Assembly (NCBI GenBank): GCA_002633005.1
Contig: NMRA01001107.1
Location: forward strand, 1 to 54,226
DNA: 54,226 nt
Direction of reading: 5' to 3'
Origin: Phoronis australis
Taxonomy: Eukaryota > Animalia > Phoronida
Position numbers and translations under genes: made by a program. Positions within the stretch are counted from its first letter, which is position 1. Each line of letters begins with the position of its first letter. Shown piece after piece: positions 37,791 to 49,900 of the stretch. Below the pieces are notes generated by a model. It was not told where the DNA came from, made no database searches, and was given only the letters and a program-made list of their open reading frames with translations.

Positions 37791-39859
37791 CAGGCCCGTA
37801 GCCATGAGGGGGGTGGGGGTTCGGGGGATTCAATCGAACCCCCCTCCGAGGAAAAGGTCCAGCCCTAGCCTATCAGATAGGATAAGATAGGATTTACTAG
37901 ATGGACAACAAAATTGTTGTAGTTATTAGTTCTACTAACCACAATCATAACCAAGTTAATATTAATTTTGAATTTGCTTCTGATGTAAAGCGCGTCAGCC
38001 TCATCGGGTCTTATCCGGCCCGAGTTTTGACTGTGGATTACGATTTGAGTAGGCTTTATGTTATTCATCGGCATTGAAAGCGCGGGGTCTCTACACCATA
38101 GGGTGAAGGAATCCAAGTCTATTCCAAGCGCAAACTTTATAGCATCGAGAGAGATCCCCTAAAGTAGTGCGGTGGGAATGCCTTAAAATCGACCAAGAAA
38201 CAAAACAGAAGAAAACGGGTTTGTTATTTGCTACTTTAGTACACTTTCTAGCATAGTATGCTAGATTAATTGCAGGCATTTTCAAATTTTGATTTGAAAG
38301 CGATCGCCAAATAGGTTGATCATCAAGTGTTCACTTTGACTGTGGATTGGTGGATTGACATGCATACTTGTACACGTGTGTGCGTTTCAGTACACGCCGA
38401 CGGTAGGTTCACTGACTACTCGATTGTCGTTTCTCAAAAATCAGACATTTATCTACCGCCTTTTCTTGAACTGAGAAATCCCCACATTTTCACATTATTA
38501 GGTAAGTCTAGACCTAATTAAAACTTTGGTCAATGAAGAAAGTCTTCTCTTGTAGATCAATAGGTCAACGGTGCACAGCCTCGCAGATTTCACACGAGCA
38601 ACAATTTTGATGGGAAAGATTTCCGATGTTACATGTACATGATCGAAGGTTCACTACTCCGAAAGCTCACCAGTTCGCCGAGTCTACAATTCCGAAACCA
38701 GAACTCTGACAGTTCATTACTCTCATTTTCTACTAATGATTTAGAACTGAAAATGAATAAGTTGTTGTATTTGTGTCCATTTAGTAACCATTTAAAGAGT
38801 GTGCAAGAGTTGAATAGTACGGAAAAGATTGATTTACATTGTTTACAAAAGAGCTCAGTTCCCACTGGTACTCGTGATTCTTGAATATACTGAACCAAAG
38901 ACTCATTCTGGGCACGGGTCCGGGATGCGGCGACCAACAGCGGTTTTAAATTTAAGAAAACGTAATGAGACTTCGTGAAGACTGACAGGGACAGGGTAGC
39001 TTACTAAATACATTTAGTTTCGACCCGGCCGTGCCACCAGTTTCGGTGGGTGAGGTTTAAGCCCCTTTCTGTCGCTCTGTGAGATGATGCGATCTTGACA
39101 CGGTATTGATGAATCGTGGTTGATGATTCATCAACATTCCTACTTCATATCCTTTTAGAAATGCAAGCACCTACACATTTTTCCGTATTCGTAAGACATG
39201 CGGACATTTTCACATGCATATGACATCCAAACAAAGTGGTTTATTAGCCGGGAGTATTATTGTTCGTATAGTTGCATCTAATAACCGAAGTGTCGCTTAT
39301 TTTTGCATATAAAAGTACAACAGTTACACCCGAGTCAGAAATTTTAGACATTTTCGGAGTTAGTGAACCTTCGGAGAGGTGAACCTTCAAGGTAGTGAAT
39401 CTTCGGAATAGGGAACCTTCGGAAGTAGTGGGCTGTTCCCATTTCCAACGACGTAAGCAACTTTTAACAAAAATACAATCAGATGAAAAATTACGTCAGT
39501 CATTCTCCGACTAAATATTTCTGTCCAAGTATGTAATGAGGTGTAATCATTCATTAAAAAAAGCCAGATTTGAAAGTTTGGAGGTAAGGCGAGAACGTTA
39601 GGCTATATTTATGGATCATATTACGTCCGATTTCGAGTCCTGTTGATTGCGAGCAACCGTCACGACATCCTCATTTCTGGTACTTCAAATCCCGTCTTAT
39701 CTCAGGAACATAGAGCTGAGAGCTATCCTACCCGTGGATACAGATTTCCCTTCCCCATAATTAAGCTGCGTCAAGCGCCTTACCAAAAACTAAAGTGTCG
39801 ACGTTTGCAAAAGGTCCATCTTTCTAACCATCCCCCGCGGAATACTGGCTACGGGTCTG
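37791..39859. mobile_element. hAT-like non-autonomous element (TIR CAG(G/A)CCCGTAGCCA)
   Basis: CAGGCCCGTAGCCA at 37791 and TGGCTACGGGTCTG ending at 39859. No 8-bp TSD is preserved, so the two ends may belong to different copies. Confidence 0.45.
38640..39440. mobile_element. Foldback-type MITE with tandemly repeated TIR motif (CGAAGGTTCACTA / TAGTGAACCTTCG)
   Basis: Motif copies at ~38644-38697 and inverted copies at ~39353-39422. Left end decayed. Confidence 0.65.
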
Positions 39860-42800
39860 GACGCGAAAATGGCACAATATTCTACAGGTTTCCAAATGAC
39901 TCAAGAATGGTTCAACAGCGGCTAAAAAAATAATTTTAAAATCAATTGCAAACAGCTGTATATCCCCTTGTATCATAGGGCAACTGAACAGTGAACATGG
40001 CCATTTGACGTCACGATTAAAATAACAATGACATGGGAATGGGAAACTGGTAGCGCGTGCAGTGGTGGGTGATGACTACAACACTGTGAAACTGGTAACG
40101 CATGTAGTAGTGGGAGCAGACTACAACAATGTCATTGTACGTCGATTGAAAAAAAAAACTACAATTCATAGCTCTGAACTTAGGTCTACCTTTTTTTTAG
40201 TAAAAGGTCCGCATTCTCAAAAATTCGAGCCCCCATTGTTTAGGCTGGGTGCGCGCATTAATTTCAGTGCTGCTTGTTCAACTCCAGAGTCAGTTTTCGT
40301 CGGCAGGCGAACCGTCAAACGATCCACATGTAAACACAGCACCAAGAGCAAATTTTTTAACGAATTTTACACTAACACTAAAAGGAAATTAATCTATTCA
40401 GCCTCACTGATCAGCGAGAGACATTCTAGTAATTAAAACAAGAAAGGCGTAGGCCGGTAGGCCGAGCGAGACGTCGGAAACAAAGCCTAACTACGATGGC
40501 GAAAGGGTTTAGCTTTCAATAATCAGTCGGTTAGTACAATCCAAGCATTCTGATTGCCACCTTTTAGCCTATCTCAGTACCGCGATGACAGTCTCAAAAT
40601 TTTGGCCAATACTTGTTTATTTTGTTTACTCTTGACATGCTGGAAAGTGCTTTAAAATCATGTTTTCTGGGGGTAGACATTAGGCCTACCTACATGTACC
40701 AATTAGCTGTCTCAGCTGCAGAGTACAAATCCTTAGCAGGCGACTGGTGATGGTAATGGATCATTTTATGCCAGAAATTCGTTTCAAGGTTGTTTTTTAT
40801 TGAAAGTGAGTTTGCACGGAAAACTTAATGACGTATCCCATGCTTCCAATAAATGTGACCAGTTTATATGAATACTTAATATTAACATTTTTGACCAAAT
40901 GTAGCATGACTAACTACTAACATATCATATTCACAAAAGCCTTAATTGGAAAACGAAATATAATTCATTAAATGGATTTTATCAGGATTTCTTCCAAATC
41001 TTTATTCATTCGATTCCTTCTGAGAACAGAACACATTAAAATGTTTAATCATCAAAACTATTTCATCAGACTGTAAAATATTCTTGTTTTAGACTTCTGA
41101 TATTAATACAATAAACATTTGCTAGAACCAAATAAAATGAGAGTCCATTCGGAAATAATTACAATGGTTGCTAGGTGGCTTAGAATACAAAAATCAGAAG
41201 TGTTGCCATCTGTATGTGCCAAGTTTCTTGAAATTCTGAGAAGAAACTCTGAAGATTCAGGACACAGCAGTAGCCAGATCTGCCTAAAAGTCATCGTCCT
41301 ATGTTTTCACATTCATATAAATACACTTGACATATTTCAAAAAAATCCTGCAAGGTGCTAAGGAGATACAGCTGGGTCACAAAAATAAATTGTCACTAGA
41401 GGGCACCACAGTAGACAGAGCCCTGGGAAAATCAACATCAGTCATGGTCTTCTCAGTTCTCTGGAAGCGTTTGGATGTAAAAACTCGCAAATAATAAAAT
41501 GACCATAAAGTGGCACATAACATGTCAAATCCACCCTTAAAATGGAGTAACATCATCATCTCCATAACATTAACCAATTTGCTAAATTTCACAAGAATCT
41601 GTTAAGGAACTTGAAGATGCAGAGGTATACATGACAAAAACTAAAATTGCTACTAGGGGGCAAAGCAATAGTTGGATCATAGAAAAACACTCGCTGAGTT
41701 TGTAAGGGGTTAAGGTGATACGGTTGCAGATGCAAATTGCCAATAGCGGGTGACACAGTAATAAGTCTACTCGAAATATCTATGTTGTCCATTATAGTCT
41801 TCTCGACAGGAACACATCTGCTAATTTCAGTAATGAATTTTCATAATATTCCTTCGAGCAGTTGGGCAAACAAAAAGGGTGCCAAGAAACAGACTTGAAA
41901 ACGATTAAGATGGCGACTAGGTGGCACAGAATACGCTGAATCTGTCCAAAATAGGGAGAGCATCACCATCTCAACAAAATACTATTTGCCAAATTTGAAA
42001 AAAATCCATCAAGAAACTCCAGACACAGAGGCAAATGTAAAAAAGAAACTAAAATTGATCAAAAAATTCATCAGCCATCAGCTTCATAGGAACACATCTG
42101 CCAAATCTCATTAAGGTCCTCAAGATGTTTAGGAGCACATCAGTGGACGCCACGTGCCCAGCAAAGGTGACAGTATCTTGCACCCACATATGTATAAGTG
42201 GGTACACAAAATGCCTGATAACATCCGCCCGATGTCCATAACAATTTCATTTTTCAATCCATGATTTGATTGAAACTTTACAAGCTCAAAGGTCAGAATG
42301 GTGTCTAAATTCAAGATTGTTTTGGTCAATTCAACCTCAAGCATTTGAAACAATATCTGACTTGGTCTGAAACACTGCATATTCTCGATTCTGATGACAA
42401 CCAACTGCTCATTTTACCAATGAAGTTGACCATAAAAATGAAATTTTGCAGGGCTACCAACCCATTAAGCACATAATCTGTAACCTTCATGCTAAAATTC
42501 CATGCAACTTGCAAGGGAAAACTTGTAGGATTACAAAAATTTTCAGAATGTTTAAATTCCAATCAAAATATGATGTGATACACCAAAAATCTACTTCAAA
42601 TTGTGTTCAACTAAAAATATCACATTAAAAACTCTGCTTACTACGTTGATATTTTATGTTCAAGATGGTTGATTTCTCCACACTGGACGACGACCCAGCC
42701 AACCTTGATAGAAAGAATATGTAAACCAGTAACAGTTAACAGCCCCAACACTGTAAGTCAAAAACCTCTGGAATTCCGCTGTATGTTTCTTCAAGAGCAA

Positions 42801-42947
42801 AGAGAAAAATAACAGCTTTAAGAATGACAAAGCTGTAAATTCACTTTAAGAAACATAGATGGATTGAGATAACAATTACACATGACTGCCTACCAGGTAT
42901 TCACAAATTTAAAACCAAATAAATTGATATCAAACTCTATTTACAAC

Positions 42948-43321
42948 ACTGCACAGTGTAATCTACTGCACAGTGTAATCTACTGCACAGTGTAATCTAC
43001 TGCACAGTGTAATCTACTGCACAGTGTAATCTACTGCACAGTGTAATCTACTGCACAGTGTAATCTACTGCACAGTGTAATCTACTGCACAGTGTAATCT
43101 ACTGCACAGTGTAATCTACTGCACAGTGTAATCTACTGCACAGTGTAATCTACTGCACAGTGTAATCTACTGCACAGTGTAATCTACTGCACAGTGTAAT
43201 CTACTGCACAGTGTAATCTACTGCACAGTGTAATCTACTGCACAGTGTAATCTACTGCACAGTGTAATCTACTGCACAGTGTAATCTACTGCACAGTGTA
43301 ATCTACTGCACAGTGTAATCT
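42948..43321. repeat. Perfect 17-bp tandem array (ACTGCACAGTGTAATCT) x22
   Basis: 374 bp = 22 x 17, no variant copy seen. Begins 22 nt after the stop codon of the KH gene on the minus strand. Confidence 0.98.
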
Positions 43322-43343
43322 CAGTCCATTGTCAAACATGTTA

Positions 43344-44357
43344 TTATGGATGAGAAGCTAGATGCACAGCCTTCCTCATCAGCCATTGCGCAAAATCAAT
43401 TTGTTGTTTAGTTCCTGTTATTGTGATGGTGCGCTCCTCTTTATCTGGCTCAGAGTTGTCTATCACAATAGACGCCTTTGACTGAATACGTATGTCTCGA
43501 ATGCGATCACCACCTCTACCAATGATGAAGCCAACAAACTGGTTGGATATGGTAACCTCACATTTTTGAATATTACCAAAACAGTCAGCATAATCATCCA
43601 ATCCAAACCCAAATCCCATTCCAAAGTCTTCATTAAGCAAGCTTGGTCTGTTCATTTGGCCAAAGGCTCCAAGTATACCCGGTTTGTCCAAGCTAGTATC
43701 ATTGAGAAGGCTTCCCGATTGACGAACAACTGTTGGCTCATTACCATTGCTGGATATTCGCTGACGTTTGGGCGTTGGTGGAATATAGCTCCGGCTCAGC
43801 CCAACACCATGCTGATTTTCATTGTAGATATGCAGAATTTTATCTACACAACTCATAACCATTTCAAGTGATCCATGTATGTTTACAACTCGATCTGAAG
43901 AACCAGGTAAACATTCGGAATGCACTTTGATACTAGCACCTGTAGCCTGTCGCAGACTTTCCACCCTGGAGCCACCTTTACCAATGATTGCTCCAATCAG
44001 GTTTGAAAACACCATCAAGTTCAGATCATGATCTGTATTACCCGTAGGTTCGGCACAACGGGTTAAAACTTCACGTAAGCAACTGCATACTGAGCCAATT
44101 TGACCTTCAATGGATAAAACACGCTCATCAGCTGGTGATGATGGAATCTGAATGTTGACAGTGTACTGCTTCCGAAGACGGCTGATTTCTGCACCTTCTT
44201 TGCCAATGATAGCACCTGCATCCCGAGACCGTATTAGAGCTCGAAGCTGAACGTTAGAATCATCACCTTTGAGAAGTCTTTTTGGACTAGCAGCATCTTT
44301 TACGGACTGGTCACCTGCGTCATTTCGTCCATTGTTAAAATTTGAATCGGATTCCAT
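43344..44357 (-). CDS. HNRNPK-like: Intronless hnRNP K-like protein, three KH domains, 337 aa (probable retrocopy or transposon-captured copy)
   Basis: KH1 LRALIRSRDAGAIIGKEG...ERVLSI, KH2 GAIIGKGG...IKVHSECLPGSSDRVV and KH3 VTISNQFVGFIIGRGGDRIRDIRIQSKASIVID...RTITITGTKQQIDFAQWLM parallel hnRNP K KH1-3. Uninterrupted ORF ending in tandem TAA TAA. Confidence 0.9.
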   Translation of the reverse strand: MESDSNFNNGRNDAGDQSVKDAASPKRLLKGDDSNVQLRALIRSRDAGAIIGKEGAEISRLRKQYTVNIQIPSSPADERVLSIEGQIGSVCSCLREVLTRCAEPTGNTDHDLNLMVFSNLIGAIIGKGGSRVESLRQATGASIKVHSECLPGSSDRVVNIHGSLEMVMSCVDKILHIYNENQHGVGLSRSYIPPTPKRQRISSNGNEPTVVRQSGSLLNDTSLDKPGILGAFGQMNRPSLLNEDFGMGFGFGLDDYADCFGNIQKCEVTISNQFVGFIIGRGGDRIRDIRIQSKASIVIDNSEPDKEERTITITGTKQQIDFAQWLMRKAVHLASHP

Positions 44358-44399
44358 TATCGGTCGTGATCTACGGTTTAAAAGGTGGTAACTTTCGAA

Positions 44400-44635
44400 T
44401 GAAATGCTATAGTTTGGAGAGCAGCGGGGGTTGGTTCTTGAAAGTCACGTAAAAGTACAAATAGAGGTACGTGAGAAAAATAACGACACCCGACGACTAC
44501 ACCGATCACCGTGCGCCGCGAAAAGGCCACGCTTGGTTTCCCCACTACACCACCGGAAGTATTGGAGTCTGTGCGCGCGCAGGGAGGTAGGTGACCTCTA
44601 ATCATGTCAGAGTAGGTGACCTCTACCCATGTGAC
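44400..44635 (-). promoter_or_regulatory. CpG-rich putative promoter of the KH gene
   Basis: Local CpG enrichment, ETS-type CCGGAAGT (44553-44560), TGCGCGCGCA palindrome (44572-44581) and a direct repeat GTAGGTGACCTCTA (44587-44600, 44612-44625). Confidence 0.5.
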
Positions 44636-46950
44636 TTTTGTTTACTTCTGCTAGATCAGCTGTTCGTTTCATGTTCACATTAGATAGTTTTAGAGTTTTA
44701 CAACAACTCGGGGTGAATTATTGGATATATTTTTGTGAAAATTGTAACACGAGACAAGAGTTTATTTTCTGCACTAATATTTGGCTACCTTTTCAAAGTA
44801 AGATACACACATAATTTAAAAATTGAGGGTTGTGCAAGGCCAACAACCGGTTACTGACGAACGCGGGTGAGAGCATCTGAAGCACAGTACATAATGAGCT
44901 TTACACGGTAGTGTCGCTGCTATTACCAATGATGTCAGAGCCAGAACTGTCATTTTGGTCATTTTTCAAATGAGCATTTCAGTGGCGGATTTACAGCCCC
45001 CCATTAAAATTCTCCCATATTCCATTAGGGAACTCCTATGTCCCAGAGATTAAAAAGCGAGACATAATTCTGGAAATCAGGCACATTCCTGTGTCCCTCG
45101 ATTAACTAAGAAAGGCGAAGAATGTCAGGTCATGCATCATGGAATGTTTGTCCAGTTTATCAATTTTTTTCACGTCCGAGTTGCATCCCACAGCACAGTA
45201 GTAATACTTTGTTGCCATTGAAAGGACAATGAAATAGAGTACGGATGCAACTGAGAAAACCGTTTAAAGAATCGTACAACAATGAATAACATGTGAAAGT
45301 TCTCGCTGAAACTCCTGTGGCAGGAAAACAAGGCAGGATGTTTACAACATTGTTGGTAGATACAGCAAGTTTCCACTGTCGCTGTGCAATCTGGGATGGC
45401 CTTATGTATTTCTGTCGGTCAGTCGACCTGAATTACCATTTCTTTGTCTTACCATACGCTCAACAGCATGCCCTGTCCATGTTCTTTGAAGATATAATTT
45501 AAACACTCTTGACATTGCATTCAGTTTGAAACATTTGTTGAGAAGTGTATATAACACATGTATACATACATATATGTGAGTACAAATACCTAGTGTCACC
45601 AGTAATGGAAGGCTCAGAATGGCACACACATTCACTCATCAACCCTAACATGTACCCACCTACACAAGTACATACATGTATGCGTGGGAGAGTTTGTGAA
45701 CTGCAGAATGTGGTTCTTGTGAGAAGGAGCTTACCAGAACTTTTGACAGAAAATCACTTAAGACATTATTAACATACCAACATTTTTTTATAGTGCCTGC
45801 AGGGGCTGCCCCTATATTATATATTAGCCTGTGAAAGCTTAACTCATTTATTGGATGAGTCACAAAAACGCCCCCTCCTCCTTTCTCCAGGCTTGGGACT
45901 GGCAAGATGCAACACATGATTTTATACACAGTATGGTGCAACTTGGCGGAGTTAGGCGTGGTGGGGTCTAACCTGGAAAAGGAAAACACATCATTGAAAT
46001 GGTTCCGACTAGACATGCTAAACATAACTGGTACAATTATGAAAGTAACTTTTGAAACCAATTTTATTCTTCAATGCGTCTTATATTCACTATATTATTC
46101 GTTATATAATATACACTATAATATACAATAAAGTGGACAGGAATCCACCTGTTTCCATTCAGGAATATCCGAACTCAGGTATTCCAACAATAAGACAATT
46201 ATCTTCTCAGTCAACACCATGTACATAGCAAGACTATCAAAGAGCTGCTATCACTGTACTTGTATGTGAATTTCAAAATGCTGATTGTGAGTGAATGACA
46301 CTCAGGATTTACAACTATCAACAAAATTCTAACCCACTATGTGCACTAGGTACCCTTTCCAAGAACAAAATCAGAATACTTACCCATTGTAGTAGACAAC
46401 TGAAACATAACTAAAATTACTCTAATACCAATACAATAGATAATACACAATAATTCTCAGAAAAAATAACACAACAACATTTCCTAAATGATGAGTTGCC
46501 GAAAATGATTTGAATACAATTAAGCTCAAAAATCAGTCTCACAATATTCCTTACAATAATAAGACTCCATTTATATCTAAAGTGCTTTAAACCACCATTT
46601 ACCTTGTTTTCACAAGTGACTACATTGTCAGTATTAATTAATGCTTTATATCAAAGCAATCGTGGATAAGCATCCCAAAAACGAAAACCAGAAATTAATT
46701 AAAAGAAAACAGACATCAATTGAAAGTTTCTAAGCTGCACAAAAATGAGTGTGAATTATATGAACATGTACTCAATGTTTTTTGAAATCAGTGACTCCAG
46801 AATAATACTTCCGAGCTTACAGGGGTTGAGCAAATATTAAAGTGGGAATTCAAAATGGTGCATGAACTCATTTACTGTGTCTTGATTTGCTGGCTCATTT
46901 GATAATTACTAACATTTGGTAATGTTTTTAGTGTTAACTTATAGAATTAC

Positions 46951-49900
46951 TTAATCTGAATGCATAGGATCGCAAGTAAAGCAAAACCATTCCTGGCTGT
47001 TTGGAGGTGCAACTATTACATTACAGCATTTAAAATGGTACCAGTGGAAACACTTGTCACACTGTATAGATGGCTCAGCGCTGTCATCAGTATCTGGATC
47101 AGCACACTCCAACTGACAAATAGGACAGAAAAAATGTTGGATTTTTGTTATTGGCTTTCGCCTTCCCTTGGACTTCAAATTTGTCTTCAGTTTATGCTGC
47201 GCTATATTTGCTAACCCAGAATGCTTAGAGTCAGCAAGCTTCTGAAGTTGCTTATGAGGAAGTTTTTTAATTTTTGTTATGCATGCGTCCTTCACTGCAA
47301 AGGTATTCTTAGCAATGGAATGTTCTTTAAGGTGTGTACGGAATTCCTTTAAATTGTTAAAAACTGCTTTTCTTCCATTTTCATGACAATACACGCAAAA
47401 CCTTTTCCTATGTTTCAATTGTATGTGCTTGTCAAGTGCTTTGTCATTGGTAAACTTGAAAGGCTTCTTAACACCTTCTAAAATGCATGTTGTGCACCCC
47501 TGTAACTCAGGAAGAACTGTAGTCGGAACTTTAGTTCTAGTACTAGTGATAGAATTACTTTGATCTTCACTTTTTCCAACTTCCACACGATCAACCTCTA
47601 CTTCAACTTGTACTTCAACTGGGCTTATCTCTGGCACAACAAAAGCATGGTTGTCATTAGCACAACTTGAACTCTTATGTTTTGATTGTTTGGAAGCCAG
47701 AACATGTTGTCCCAAACTTTTTATCCCCGATTGTACGACTTCATGAAAATTTTTTCTTTTGGTGGATCTCTTCATTTTTCGTCCACAAAAAGTTCCCTTT
47801 GACCTTTCAACAATTGGCACTAGTGGGCAATAGGGGTCATAACTTTCTTCAGTCATTTCAGTCAAAGGATTTATGTTAGTAATAGGTCCGAACTTCCTCC
47901 TAAAACCATGTTTGTGTGGCAAAACATTACCTGGTCTTCCAATGTGTGCATTATTACATATGTATGTATCATGCAAAACTTTGAGAATTGTTCCACTTTT
48001 AATCCTGCCATGTTCTTCCTCTGAAGGTTCATGAGAAAATGAGTTCAAGTGTTCAATCTTACCAAAAGTAGAACCAGGTGTAGCAATTTCTTCAATGTGA
48101 TTGGATAAGTAATCAGGAATATTTGGAACTGTGTTTAAGTATAGCTGCAGTAATTTGTTTTTGTCATTTTCTACATGTTTTTGCCGAAGAACTGCAAGCA
48201 AGTGCTTACAGAAATATGGCTGGCCCAATGAAATGAATGTTATACATGTACACGTGCATAAGTCAATGTTACATATGTGTTCTGAACCCACTAAATTCTG
48301 ACAACCTTCTGGGAGACATGCTTTGGTAACGTCATGATTCATTCGCAAAAACGCTCCAATTAGATCCTTGTTTGTTCGTTTGACTGCTGCTTCTGCTGTG
48401 TACCCATGTTCTTGTACATTACTTTGTGAAACAATCGCATCAATGTCAGAAAATATCTGAGAATTTTGCTCAGAAGACAGTTCCACATCATCAAGTATAG
48501 TAGCCAATTCCTCATCTGACATGTCACAAGTGTAAATTTTATCTGGGAGTTGTGACGATGTTGACCCAGAAGTGGGAGCTACTAAATACCAACCATGAGA
48601 TAAATTCGTTACATTTGAAATAGTGAGGCTTTGGTCGATAGATTTTTTGATAAATGTTTGCCTTGAAACCTGTAACTTTTCTTGATGAGAGTGCATTGTG
48701 TGGAACGATTCACGAATAAGAACACAGTTCATCAGTTTGTCTACTAAGTGGCACATTTTCCGGTTAACTCGGTTTTGGAAGTCATTTGCCTGGATTTCTT
48801 TGAACTTGTTTTCAGTAATATTATCTGTAAGCATTAAAGGGTTTCTTTTCTGTTCATCTGGAATATTATATAGCACAGCTGATGTGTAAGTACTTGTCCA
48901 TCTGCATTGAAACCACTGATTATCCAAATATTTAAGAAATTTCTGTTTCACATTTACTGGAATTAATGCTTCGGGAATAAAACTAGAAATAAATTCTTTA
49001 AACCTGCCAGACAACTGATCATGAACATTCCTACACCAAGATCTCATTATTGTTTTGAATCCAATTTCAAGTGGCCACATGAACATTACTAAAATGTTGT
49101 CTTCCTTTATGTATGTACGGTATGCTGTTAATGCGTGGAAGTTGCATAATGTTGAATGTGAACCGAATCCATGGACTGCATTACAGATTGCCATTGCCTT
49201 GTCATGCTCTATCCATGGTTTGAAAATGTGATCAAGAGCACATTGTCGAGTCCAAAAAAACCCATTACCATCGTCAAAAGTGTGTAATTGTTTAGGATGA
49301 GAGCATGTAGTACTTGAACATGGAACATTTGCAGCTATTATTTCTAAAGTGAGTAATATGGATTCTTCGTTTTCTACATTGCATATAGATATTGCCCCAA
49401 TACGCCCTTTTCTGCTTGAATCGCAATATGTTAATATAGCCGTTTTGTAGCGAGCAGCATTCAAATCATGCTTGACATCAAAGCCACAGACAACCGATCC
49501 ATATTTTCGAAGGCAAGTTAAACTATCATCGGTTGCCAAAACAATGTGGTAATTTCTCTCTAGCTGTTCATTACCCCTTTGAAAAAATAGAACAGATTCG
49601 TAGTTGCTTTCCAAAACCTTTTCTGTATCCCGCCAATCTGACCTAATTTCAATAACATCTTTGTTGGATATGAGTTGATTAATCTGATGACTGTCAGCAA
49701 CTTTCACTCTCTTAGAAATCTGACCCAAAGAAAAGTACTCCATTTCCTTGCCCCCAAAGTCTACTGGATTTGCTCTCATATATGTTGACTGTATTGTATG
49801 TGCTGATAATTTACTTTCTGCCCGCATTCTGTCCCACGTAGTTCTGGCTGTAAGTTTTGGTTTGGTGTAGACAGAAGTAGGATCACTACTGTGGAAATAG

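Noticed and set aside
38640-39440. Foldback repeats as the terminal TIR of the giant MULE-like element
   Set aside because: Both orientations of the motif occur within 800 bp, forming a self-contained MITE; nothing links it to the transposase.
40435-42650. Possible Helentron-associated (DINE/HINE-like) degenerate repeat region or end of the giant element
   Set aside because: Recurrent GCCAAATTT and TAG(A/G)GGGC motifs suggest a decayed repeat, but units and termini could not be defined.
42948-43321. 17-bp array as a CRISPR array or RAG recombination signals (each unit contains CACAGTG)
   Set aside because: There are no unique spacers and the context is eukaryotic. No ACAAAAACC-like nonamer lies 12 or 23 bp from any heptamer.
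45100-45450. Possible Rex1/L2-type RT remnant on the minus strand
   Set aside because: Only vague motif similarity (RSF...VASVLY...KKIDKL) across several frameshifts; not enough to annotate.
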